Both the position numbers and the translations under genes were made by a program. Shown in pieces: positions 29,035 to 39,865 of a stretch of 64,000 bases of DNA (positions are counted from its first letter, which is position 1; each line of letters starts with the position of its first letter). Below the pieces are notes generated by a model. That model saw nothing but the letters and a program-made list of their open reading frames with translations, had not been told where the DNA came from and did no database searches. Location of the stretch: positions 56,482,001-56,546,000 of the forward strand of contig NC_135899.1 in NCBI RefSeq assembly GCF_964194155.1, read 5' to 3'. The DNA comes from Cetorhinus maximus. Its lineage: Eukaryota.

Positions 29035-31011
29035 CTATGGGGAGAAAATGGACAGCCAGTTATGTGGTACACCATATCCTGAACATTACAAGCTTTGCAT
29101 TTCTGCTCCAGCCTCATTCATATTATACAGACGTTTTACGCAACGAGGGAAGTTAAACAAGTCAACAGCTGCAATGAAAAGTTACCTCACGAGAAAGGGT
29201 CAGAGACATGCAGACTGATGCTTCACCCTTGACCATTGAATGGTATTCTAAAGATTCTCTATGAGCCCCCCAGGCCCCTCATCTAACAGTATCAATAGTG
29301 GATGCCCAGACATCAGATATGGATACAATAAACTCCTACATTTTTCAAAATTGCTCAGTGCATTGGGACACACAAGGAAGGAGGCAAGGACATGGGGAAG
29401 GGAAGGAGAAAAGAACCTGCAATAAACTAACCATGAACTGTTGTTGCGCATCTGCTTGCAGGTAAGCTTACAGCATTGTCTTCTTGGCTGGGACAAGAAC
29501 CCCAAATACAGCAGAATGAGATAAAAAGTGCAAATGGGGCAAAAATACTTCTGCAGCAGAGGAGATGCCTCAAACACCCTCTAAAATTACTCTCGACAAA
29601 ATAGAGCTGCACAGGATGAGAAGGCCATTCACTTTGAGAGTATTGAATGGCAATTGGGGGAACTAAACTTGCAGGGCTACAGGGATAGAGTGGGGGGGAA
29701 TGGGACTAATTAGATTGCTCTACAGAGAGCTGGCATGGACCTGGCAGGCCGAATGGCCACCTTCTGCGCCATAATGACTATGACTGAAAAAAAACATCTG
29801 GAGTAATTAATAGTAAGAACTAGAAGCATTTGAGTTTTTATAAAATTAATCATGGCAAAGCCTCTCTTAACATGAAGACTTATGCAAAACTGCTCATTAA
29901 CCTCGCTGAATTCATTGACTGGGGCTGGGGAGGTCCAAGCACAATCAAAACAAAACCCAACGATCGTGCACACACCCTGATGCTATCCCTCAAAAAGCAG
30001 CCAAGGGGTAGCAGCAATGTTTAAATAGGGATTGAGAGACAGAAAATGGCAACAGACTGCTGAAACAAACACACTGATAGGACTCACGTGTGGAACGAGA
30101 CAAAACCATTTGACCCGTCAAACCCAAGTCTGTAAAACCTACTTAGGCAAAGTATTTCCCACCTGTTTACTGCCCCAAGGCAAACTTTTCCATAAATATT
30201 GCCCCCACCCCCACCCTCCAAACGTATTTATAAAAGCTGTGCCCAAAAATTGGTTGCCACATTTCCAAAAATACAACAGTGACGACACTTCAAACGACTC
30301 CATTGGCTGTGAAACGCTTTGTGATGTCCTGAGATCATGGAAAGGTTCTTTGGAAATGCAAGTTCCTTCTTTAACTTCTTTATTCTTTCATGGGGTGTGG
30401 GCGTCGCTGGCATCGTCAGCATTTGTTACCCAACCCTAATTACACATGAACTGAGTGGCGTGCAAGGCCATGTCAGAGGGCAAATAAGAGTCAACTACAT
30501 TGCTGTGGGTCTGGAATCACATGTAGACCGGGTAAAGGTGGCAGATTTCCTTCCCTAAAGGACATTTGGGTTTTTACGACAAGTTCCACCAGCACCAGAA
30601 TATCTAGTTAGCTGTTCCCCAGAAAGTTCAACTTCCCTGTCCCAGGAAACATCAAGTCCTTTAGAGTTATTGCTCAGGCAGGAAAGTATCACTGTGACCA
30701 CCAGCTCTGTTTTTAACTTGATGTTTGTTCAGTTTTTTTTTAAAAGGCACTTAAGATTATCTGGCATCCCTGGGAAGCCTGTACTATGTTAACCACTGTC
30801 CACTGAGGAAAAGAAAAATAATTTTAAAATCTCTACACTTCCTGTTAAGAGAATTGGGAGAGAGAGAAAATGTGGAAAGGGGATAAAAGGAGGCCAATAA
30901 CGCAAGAGCAGGAGAAATGCAAAGGAAGAGCCAGGAAATCCAATGGGATTTGAATCAGCTTGAGTTATACCAGGCCAGTGCAGAGCTCAAGTGGTGTAGG
31001 ATTGCCAAAAT

Positions 31012-31252
31012 AAAAGAGACATGCTGTCTAAGCTTTTCGTCTTGCAATGATCAGGACTGATCACAAGATTACCAACAGCAAAAGGAGCAACAATTTATAC
31101 TGCATGAGAAGCGTGTGCTGATCAGATTCCACTTGCCAGACAATCAGCACTCTCTTCTCATGCAGTACAAATTGTTGTTCCCTTTACTGTTGGTAATTTT
31201 GTGATCTGTCCTGATGAGTACAAGGCGAAAGCTTAGACAGCATGTCTCTTTT
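31012..31252. repeat. ~110-bp-arm inverted repeat formed by two PLE (family 2) termini in SNIP1 intron 2
   Basis: 31012-31122 is the near reverse complement of 31143-31252, loop about 20 nt. Confidence 0.9.
31206..31240 (+). ncRNA. Minimal type I hammerhead ribozyme-like motif
   Basis: CTGTC-CTGATGA-GT(ACAAG)GC-GAAA-GCTTA-GACAG: stem I CTGTC/GACAG, intact CUGAUGA and GAAA core, palindromic AAGCTT in place of stem III. Confidence 0.7.
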
Positions 31253-31580
31253 TTCAGAAATACTAAAGTGGTAGAAGATTGTTTAACAAAGGTGGTTTCA
31301 CACTTCCTGGCTTCACCACAGTTGGTGGTCAGAGTGGAACCCAATTTCTGAGTTGCTTTCATGTCCATCAACACTGGACATCACTTTCCATCTATTTCAA
31401 AATGATGGTACAACACCACTAGGAGCTATCAATTTCTGTCAATCCATTATAAAACATGTACTTAAAAGTAATGCATTGAACTTTCAGAATACGCTTCTCA
31501 AGTTTAGCTCCTTTAATTGTTTTAAGTGTATATCAAAAAAACTACAGCAAGATTACAATAACATCTTTCTAAACACCAAC

Positions 31581-32188
31581 CTGTACTGCAGCACTGCATG
31601 TTGCTTGGAGCAGGAAGGATGGTCAATTGGGATATCCACTACCCTACGCTGCCGACCCAAGAGATAGGCACTCTGACGATGAATATGCATGACTGGAAGA
31701 GGCTCGTCATTCTTGAACGGGTAAAGACGCCATCGTTTCCTTGGAATCCGAGATTCAGGCGGTTCATTGTATTTTATCACCACCCCACGAAAGGTGTTAG
31801 TATCTTCCACAAGGGCACCAGATAACTCAAAATTTGGCTCCTCTTTCACCTGGGCTGGATTGCCGTTGTTAGCTTGACTGTCATTCGACTCAGACTCAGG
31901 ATTCTCATCACTGAGCATCTGGCACTGATTGCGGTTCTGACGCCTTCTCTCGTTGTAATACTCTCTCTCAGCCTGCTGGGCGCTGAGCAATTGAGCCTCC
32001 CTGTCTCGGCCACTTATGCCAGCTTCTGCGTGAGACCCGCCATTCCTTTTGCTGTGGGCTCGCCCCCGATCCGACCACTCTTTGTGTCGCTCTCGGTCAC
32101 CGTTCTTCTTGCGTCGGTGTTCGTCTCCCTCAGAGCGGTCTCGGTGGCGTCTCTCAGCATGGTCCCGTCGTGGATGGTCATGCCGTTC
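31581..32188 (-). CDS. SNIP1: SNIP1 coding exon 2 (R/D/E-rich region and first half of FHA domain)
   Basis: ERHDHPRR...EEPNFELSGALVEDTNTFRGVVIKYNEPPESRIPRKRWRLYPFK...SAYLLGR...IDHPSCSKQHAVLQY(R); 608 nt, AG/GT boundaries. Confidence 0.97.
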
Positions 32189-32681
32189 CTGAACACAATG
32201 AGAAAAATCTTAACTTTGCAAGCCAAATCACAGCCAGGAGTTAAAAGACCATTGGTCTAAAAACCTCATAACTCAACTGTTGGAGAGTATGGTTTCATCA
32301 GCAAACCCATTTATTTCTGAGATATATAAACCGGAATACCACTATAAAATAATTAAGTTTAGCCATCGTGATAAATTTATTGGCTCCAGAACAGAATTAA
32401 ACTCACTTCCAGGCTGATCATTTGATATTTCATAAAAGGAATAAAGATAAAATTTTACAGGAGGCCATTTGGCCTTTTGAAAGGGTTGCTCTAATCTTTG
32501 ACCATAGTGCTGCATTTTTTTTCCTTTTATTCAATCCCCCTTATAAAATAACTATCAAGTCTGCTTCTGCCCCCACCCACCCCCCACTTTCAGGCAGTCC
32601 ATTCCAGATCACGACATCTCACCGGGTAAAGCAAATTCTCATCTGGCCTCTGGTTCTTTTGCCAATCATCTTAATTATCTC

Positions 32682-34321
32682 AAAAGTACCTGGAAAAACT
32701 CAGCAGATCTGGCAGCATCTGCGGAGAGGAACACAGTTAACGTTTCGAGTCCGAATGACCCTTCAACAGAACTAAGTAAAAATAGAAGAGTGGTGAAATA
32801 TAAGCTGGTTTAAGCGGGGGTGGGACAAGTAGAGCTGGATAGAGGGCCAGTGATAGGTGGAGATAACCAAAAGATGTCACAGACAAAAGGACAAGGAGGT
32901 GTTGAAGGTGGTGATATTATTTAAGGAATGTGCTAATTAAGGGTAGAAAGCAGGACGAGCAAGGTACAGAGCCCTAGTGGGGGTGGGGTGTGGTGAAGGA
33001 ATCAAAAAAGGCTAAAAGGTAGAGATACCTAGAGAGGTGGAGGGAAATACATTTCAAAATAATGGAAATAAATGGGAAAAGAAAAATCTATATAAATTAT
33101 TGGTCTAAAAAGGGAGGGGAATTGGAAAGGGGGTGGGGATGGAGGAGAGATAGGTTTCCCCTACATTGGAGAGACCAAACACAGACTGGGTGACCACTTT
33201 GCAGAACACCTTTGGTCTGTCCGCAAGCATTACCCAGACCTCCCTGTCGCTTGCCATTTCAACACTCCACCCTGCTCTCATGCCCACATGTCCGTCCTTG
33301 GCCTGCTGCATTGTTCCAGTGAAGCTCAACGCAAACTGGAGGAACAGCACCTCATCTTCCGACTAGGCACTTTACAGCCTCCCGGACTGAATATTGAGTT
33401 CAACAATTTTAGATCATGAACTCTCTCCTCCATCCCCACCCCCTTTCCGATCCCCACCCTTTTTTGTCCAATAATTTATATAGATTTTTCTTTTCCCACC
33501 TATTTCCATTATTTTGAAATGTATTTCCATCCATTGTTTTATCTCTACCTTTTAGCCTTTTTTGATTCCTTCACCCCACCCCCACTAGGGCTATCTGTCC
33601 CTTGCTCGTCCTGCTTTCTACCCTTAATTAGCACATTCCTTAGATAATATCACCACCTTCAACCTCTTTGTCCTTTTGTCTGTGACATCTTTTGGTTATC
33701 TCCACCTATCACTGCCCTCTATCCAGCTCTACTTGTCCCACCCACAGCAACCCCCCCCACCCCACCCCCCCAAACCAGCTTATATTTCACCTCTCTTCTA
33801 TTTTTACTTAGTTCTGTTGAAGGGTTATTCGGACTCGAAACGTTAACTGTGTTCCTCTCCGCAGATGCTGCCAAACCTGCTGAGTTTTTCCAGGTATTTT
33901 TGTTTTTGTTTTGGATTTCCAGCATCCACAGTTTTTTGCTTTTATCTTAATTATCTCCACCTTTTAGCCTATTTCGATCCCTTCCCCCCACCCCACCCAG
34001 TGCCATCTGTCACTCGCTCGTCCTGCTTTCTACCCTTAATGTCACCATTAGCACATTCCTCAGCTAATATCACCACCGTCAACACCTCTTTGTCCTTTTG
34101 TCTATGACATATTTGGCAATCTCTTCATTGCCTCCACCTATCACTGGCCCTCTATCCAGCTCTATCTGTCCCACCCCCCCCTCAACCAGCTCATATTTCA
34201 CCTCATTTCTATTTCTCCTTAGTTCTGGTGAAGAGTCATATGGACTCGAAACGCTAACTGTATTCCTCTCCGCAGATGCTGTCAGACCTGCTGAGTTTTT
34301 CCAGCTATTTTTTGTTTTTGT
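32682..34321. mobile_element. Penelope-like cluster in SNIP1 intron 1: inverted pLTR, GIY-YIG 3' end with pLTR, and an older pLTR copy
   Basis: 33152-33943 is nearly identical to 42332-43118; 32682-33151 is the reverse complement of the pLTR; ATCTTAATTATCTC duplicated at 32668 and 33944. Confidence 0.9.
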
Positions 34322-34651
34322 ATCTTAAATCTGTCTCCTGTGGTTCCTGTCCCATCCACTGCTATTAACAGTTTCTCATTCACTTGAACAAAACTCTCCA
34401 TAATCCTTCACCTCCCTCCTCATTGCACCAAATCCCCCTCATTCCTGGTGTTAAATCCTTACTAAAGGATGGAAATTTCACTCCTTTTCTTTAGCAATGA
34501 CACTGTTGTGAGGGTTAAAACCTTTCATGGTTCTAAGGTGACTGGATTCAGGAGCTGCTGCGATTTGGGCCATGGGTTGTTCCTGACTCTGAAATGCAGA
34601 CTGTTCTATTACTTTTTATTATTTATTATTATTATTTACTTGGTCACTCAC

Positions 34652-34879
34652 CCGCTTCCACTTGCCCTCCGGCCGCGAACGCTGCTTCCTCCGGCCCGGG
34701 GAGCGGCTCTGCCAGTGCCCGGGTGGAGACACGCTGCCCCCGGAGGAGCCCGAACTCGAGGGCCGGTGCTTGGAGGCCGCCGCCTCCTCCCTCTTGATCC
34801 TCAGTCGGTGACGTTCAGGCTCAGGCTCGGGCTCGGGTTCGGGGCTGTGCGGGGGCCTACGGCGGCCCGGAGCCTCCAT
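34652..34879 (-). CDS. SNIP1: SNIP1 coding exon 1
   Basis: MEAPGRRRPPHSPEPEPEPEPERHRLRIKREE...RPEGKWKR; 228 nt, GTGAGT donor at phase 0, CpG-rich; R/S-rich like the SNIP1 N-terminus. Confidence 0.82.
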
Positions 34880-35030
34880 CTTTCCGGCAGTGAACAGCCC
34901 AGACACTGACCCGGAACAACACTGGGGGCGGGGGGGGAGGGGCGGGGTGAAAGAACACTTCCGGGGGCAGCGAAGGTGAGAGGTCAGGCCTGGCTCCAAG
35001 TGGCCAAGAGTCCAATGAACCCGTCCCTCT
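34880..35030 (-). promoter_or_regulatory. SNIP1 proximal promoter
   Basis: GC boxes at 34924-34947, ETS motif ACTTCCGG at 34957-34964, CCAAT near 35012, CpG-rich. Confidence 0.65.
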
Positions 35031-35279
35031 CCACTGGCTGCATCACCTTCTCTTTCAATGTTGCTGCTTTGCCCGAAGCTCGTTGGCGAAGAGCTGCCGG
35101 TGGCCGAGCGCCGCAAACTGGCACTTTCTGAGCTCCAGGGCAACTTGTGGAGAGACTTGAGGCTCAACTACTGCCCCAGGTGCTTCACACACAGAGAGAG
35201 AGAGAGAGAGAGGCGGGAAACCATGTCAAACCCCCTGGTATGTTTGGCATGAAATGTTCACTGTCAATGTAAACATGTG

Positions 35280-35618
35280 TAGGGTTGCCAACTGTGACTC
35301 AATGTATTCCTGGAAGTTTCATCATGTGCCTTGCCGGCCATCCTGGTGACCGACTGCCTTCCCGCACCAATTGGAAAGCAAAAGGACTCACTACCCAATT
35401 GGATGGTGCTCGACTGTCAGCCAAACAACAGACCCCCCCCCCCCCCATTTTTAATATTTTTATCCGGTAAAGAGAAATGTTGAAATAAAATGACATCAAA
35501 AAACAATCTTTTTGAATGCCCCTACGGTTTTTCTCCAGGGTTACGCACACCTGTGTCCTGGAGCATGATCTTCAATTCCTGGAGACTCCAGGCCAATCCT
35601 GGAGGGTTGGCAACCCTA
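35280..35618. mobile_element. Non-autonomous DNA transposon (MITE) upstream of SNIP1
   Basis: Perfect 13-bp TIRs TAGGGTTGCCAAC / GTTGGCAACCCTA; no clear TSD. Confidence 0.75.
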
Positions 35619-35989
35619 AGTGTAGTGAGACATTCTGAGTGCCACATGCTGTAATGAAATATATTAAACTGTATCATGTTTTATATAATGTCACATTTCA
35701 GCTGTTAAAGTCATGTACTTTTAGAAATGTTATGAATAAAATATATTTTTGGACTAAAAATGTCTCTTCCAATGTTCTTGTTGCTATAAATGCAAATTGT
35801 TCTCTATTTCTCTATGCAAGAGGTCACTTGTGTTTTACACCTCGACCAAGGTGATTCCCAACTGTGTGGCCTCAGGGGTTAGCACTGGCACCTTTTGTGA
35901 GCTATAGAATTGGGCTGCACCAAGAGAATGTTGTTCATGACAGAAGTAGAAGAGGCAGTTGGAGAGCCAGCATCTCGCAACGTAAACTG

Positions 35990-36700
35990 TCTCTCAGAAA
36001 TTCGCTCCCTGCCATTTCGTTCTGCATGGAGGGGTTTGCTGTATAGGCTGCTCCTGCACACTCTCCCCTAACATCATCTCTTGTCTATGCTGTGGGATTC
36101 CATCCTGCTGTCTGGAGGAGGAGACGATACCCAGCGGGGGTCTCATTACATGGGAGCTTTCTCCCCAGACAGCCCCATGCAATAGATTTTTAAGTTGATT
36201 CACGGATTCCCAAGCCGCCTGTAATTTCTGCAATCTGAAGGAGTCCGTGTTTCATGCTTGTGTAGAGTGTGAGAGCTAATAGCCCCTCTTAAATTATTTG
36301 AAGGGAATGCTCCTCAATTTTTGACTGCATTTCAATCCCACTCTGCTGATCTTTGACCACTTGGTGCAGAGAGCAGTGGTATATCAGAAGACCTCCGCAT
36401 TGGACTGCTTCTGGACCTGGCCAAGGTGATCATTAACAGGACCAGGAAACAGGTGGTCAAGGGGATTGCCTGCCTCACTTGCGCATCTATGTCCGTGCCT
36501 GGGTGGCCCTGGAGAGGGTGCACGTGGTGTCTGCCGGTACGCTTGAAGCCTTCCACGACTGGTGGGCAATGGAGGACTGGAATGCATCACCAATGCGAGG
36601 AATGCCATTTAAATTTAATTTGTTAAGTTTCCTTTAAAGTTTTGTTTTTTCATTATGGTTCACTTGTGTGTGCTCCTTTAAGAAATGTCTGATTAGATGA
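35990..36700 (+). mobile_element. Tx1/L1-group LINE 3' fragment
   Basis: Cys/His motif CNFCNLKESVFHACVEC at about 36218, then LHFNPTLLIF and GLLLDLAKVIINRTR. Confidence 0.72.
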
Positions 36701-39700
36701 ATAAAAGATTTAGAAGAAGTAGTCTTTTTTCTTTTATAAGCATTTATTTACAGATTTACACATTACAAGCATGTAACTCCTCACCCAACCATCACAGTTT
36801 CAGTCCATTTCTTTTTGTAAATCTTCCAAACTAATTCTAATTCTAATTGGATAACTGGATAATTCTAATCCAACCAAAAGGTTCCCAATAAAGAGGAATT
36901 CAGTGCCCCTTTTACAATAATAGACTGTGATAAATACAAAAACTTTAAAGGAAACTTAGCCAATCAAGATGACATTCCGGGGGTGATGATGCACTCCAGT
37001 CACGAAAGGCCTGAAGCCTACTGGTGGACACTGTGTGGCCCGTATCCAGGAACACCCCTGTGTGGACAAAGCGGTGGAAGAGGAAGGCAGAACGACTCCC
37101 TCGACTACCTGCTGCCTGGATCTTTTTATTCTTTCAACGGATTTTGACCCAGTGAGAATTAAAGAATGGCGATATAGTTCCAAGTCAGGATGGTGTGTGG
37201 CTTGGAGGGGAACCTGCAGGTGGTGCCCTTGTCCTTCTAGGTAGATAGAGCTCGCTGATTTGTAAGGTGTTGTTTGGTGAGTTGCTGCCGTGTCCCTTGT
37301 GGATGGTGCAGACTGCTCCCACTGTGCATTTGTGGTGGAGGGAATGGATGTTTGAGGTGGCGGATGGGGTGCTAATAATGTGGGCTGCTTTGTCCTGGAT
37401 AGTGTACAGCTTCTCAAGTGTTGTTGGAGCTGCACTCATCCAGGCAAGTGGGAGAGTATTCCATCACACTTATAGATGGGGACAGGCTTTGGGGAGTCAA
37501 GAGGAAGGTTACTCTTCACAGAATTCCCAGCCTCTGACTTGCTTGTAGCCACAGTATTTATATGGCTGGTTCAGTTCAGTTTCTGGTCAGTGCTAACCCG
37601 CAGGATGTTGATAGTGGGGGATTCAGTTGGATTCTCTCTTGTTGGAGATGGTCATTGCCTGGCACTTGTGTGGTGCAAATGTTATTTGCCACTAATCAGC
37701 CTAAACCTAAATGTTGTCCAGATCTTGTTGCATTTGGACATGGACAGCTTCAGGATGTGAGGAGTTACAAATGGTACTGAACATTGTGCAATCATCAGCG
37801 AACATCCCCACTTCTAACCTTATGATGAAGGGAAGGTTATTGATGAAGCAGTTGAAGATAGTTGGGCCTACTCCTGCAATGATGTCCTGGGACTGAGATG
37901 ATGACTTCCAACAACCACAACCATCTTCCTAGATATGACTCCAACCAGTGGAGAGTTTTCCCCCTGATTCCCATTAACTCCAGTTTTGTTCAGGTTCCTT
38001 GATGCCACACTTGGTCCAATGCTGCCTTGATGTCAAGGACAGTCACTCTCACCTCACCTCTTGAGTTCAACTCTTTTGTTCATGTTTGGACCGAGGCTGT
38101 AATGAGGTCAGGAGCTCAGTGGCCCTGGCAGAACCCAAACTGAGCATCAGTGAGCAGGATATTGCTGAGTAAGTGCCGCTCATAACACTGTCGACCATTT
38201 CCATCACTTTGCTGATGATCGAGAGTAGACTGACGGGGCGGTAATTGGCCAGATGGGATTTCCTGCTTTTTGTGGACAGGACATACTTGGGCAGGTTTCC
38301 ACGTTGCCAGGTAGATGCCAGTATTGTAGCTGGACTGGAACAGCTCAGCTAAGGGTGCAGCTAGTTCTGGAGCACAAGTCTTCAGTACAATTGCTGGAAT
38401 GTTGTCAGGACCCATAGCCTTTGCACTATCTATTGCCTGCAGCCGTTTCTTGGTAGCACATGAAGTGAATAAAATTGGCTAAAGACTGGCATCTATGATA
38501 CTGGGGACCACAGGAGGAGGCCAAGATTGATCGTCCACTCAACACATTGCCTGAAGATTGTTACAAATGCTTCTGCCTTATCTTTTGCACTGATGTGCTG
38601 GGCTCCCCCATCATTAAGGATTGGGGTTATTTGTGGACCCTCCTCCTCGTGTTAGTTGTTTAATTATCCATCACCATTCACGATGTGGCAGGACTGCAGA
38701 GCTTAGGTCTGATCCATTGGTTGTGGATCACTTAGCTCTGTCTATCGCATGCTGCTTCTGCTGTTTGGCATACAAGTAGTCCTGAATTATAGCTTCACCA
38801 TGTTGACACCTCATTTTAAGTATGCATGGAGCTGCTCCTGGCATGCCCTCTTGCACTCTTCATTGAACCAGAGTTGATCTCCCAGCCTGATGGTAATGGT
38901 AGAGTGGGGGATATACTGGGCCATGAAGTTACAGGTTGTAGTCGTATACAATTCTGCTGCTGCTGCTGATGGGCCACAGTGCTTCATGGATGCCCAGTTT
39001 TGAGTTGCTAGATCTGTTCGAAATCTACCCCATTTAGCGTGGATGGAGGGTATCCTCAATGTGAAAATGGGACTTCGTCTCCACAGGACTGTGCGGTGGT
39101 CACTCCTACCAATATTGTCATGAACAGATGCATCTGTGACAGGTAGATTGGTGAGGATGAGGTCAAGTAGGTTTTTCCCTCTTGTTCGTTCCCTTACCAA
39201 CTGACACAGACCAACACTAGCAGCTATGTCTATTAGGATTCGGCCAGCTCAGTCAGTATTTAGATATTCACTTGCGTTGCCATAGCCTCTAGGGCTATGG
39301 GCCGAGCGCTGGAAAATGGGATTAGAGTAGTCAGATCTTTGTTGACCGGCATGGACACAATGGGCCGAATGGCCTCCTGTGCTGTAAACGTCTATGAGTA
39401 GTGGTGCTACTAAGCTATTCTTGATGATGGACATTAAAGTCCCCCACCCAGCGTACATTCTATGCTCTTGCCACCCACAGGGCTTCCTCCAAGCGGTGTT
39501 CATCTTGAGTATGTAGGGGTGGCGGCGGCAGGGGTTGGTGGTGGGGAACTATGTGGTAATGTTTCCTTGCCCATTTTTGTGACTTCATAGGACCTGGAAT
39601 CAATGTTGAGAATTCCCAAGGCAACTCCCTCCTGACTGAATACCACTGTGCCGCCACCTCTGGTGGGTAAGTCTGATGGGTGGGACAGGACATACCTAGG

Positions 39701-39865
39701 GATGGTGATGGTGGTGTCTGGGACATTGTCTGTAAGGTATGATTCCAAGAGTATGATTATGTCAGGCTGTTGCTTGACTAGTCTGTGGGACAGCTCTCCC
39801 AGTTTTGGCACAACCCCAGATGTTAGTGAAGAGGACTTTGCAGGGTCGACAGAGCTGGGTTAGGT

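Noticed and set aside
31874-32260. Hydrophobic 128-aa plus-strand ORF
   Set aside because: Antisense shadow of the R/D/E-rich SNIP1 exon 2.
34880-35167. In-frame N-terminal extension of SNIP1
   Set aside because: Starts at a non-ATG codon and crosses promoter motifs; the ATG at 34879 has good Kozak context (AAGATGG).
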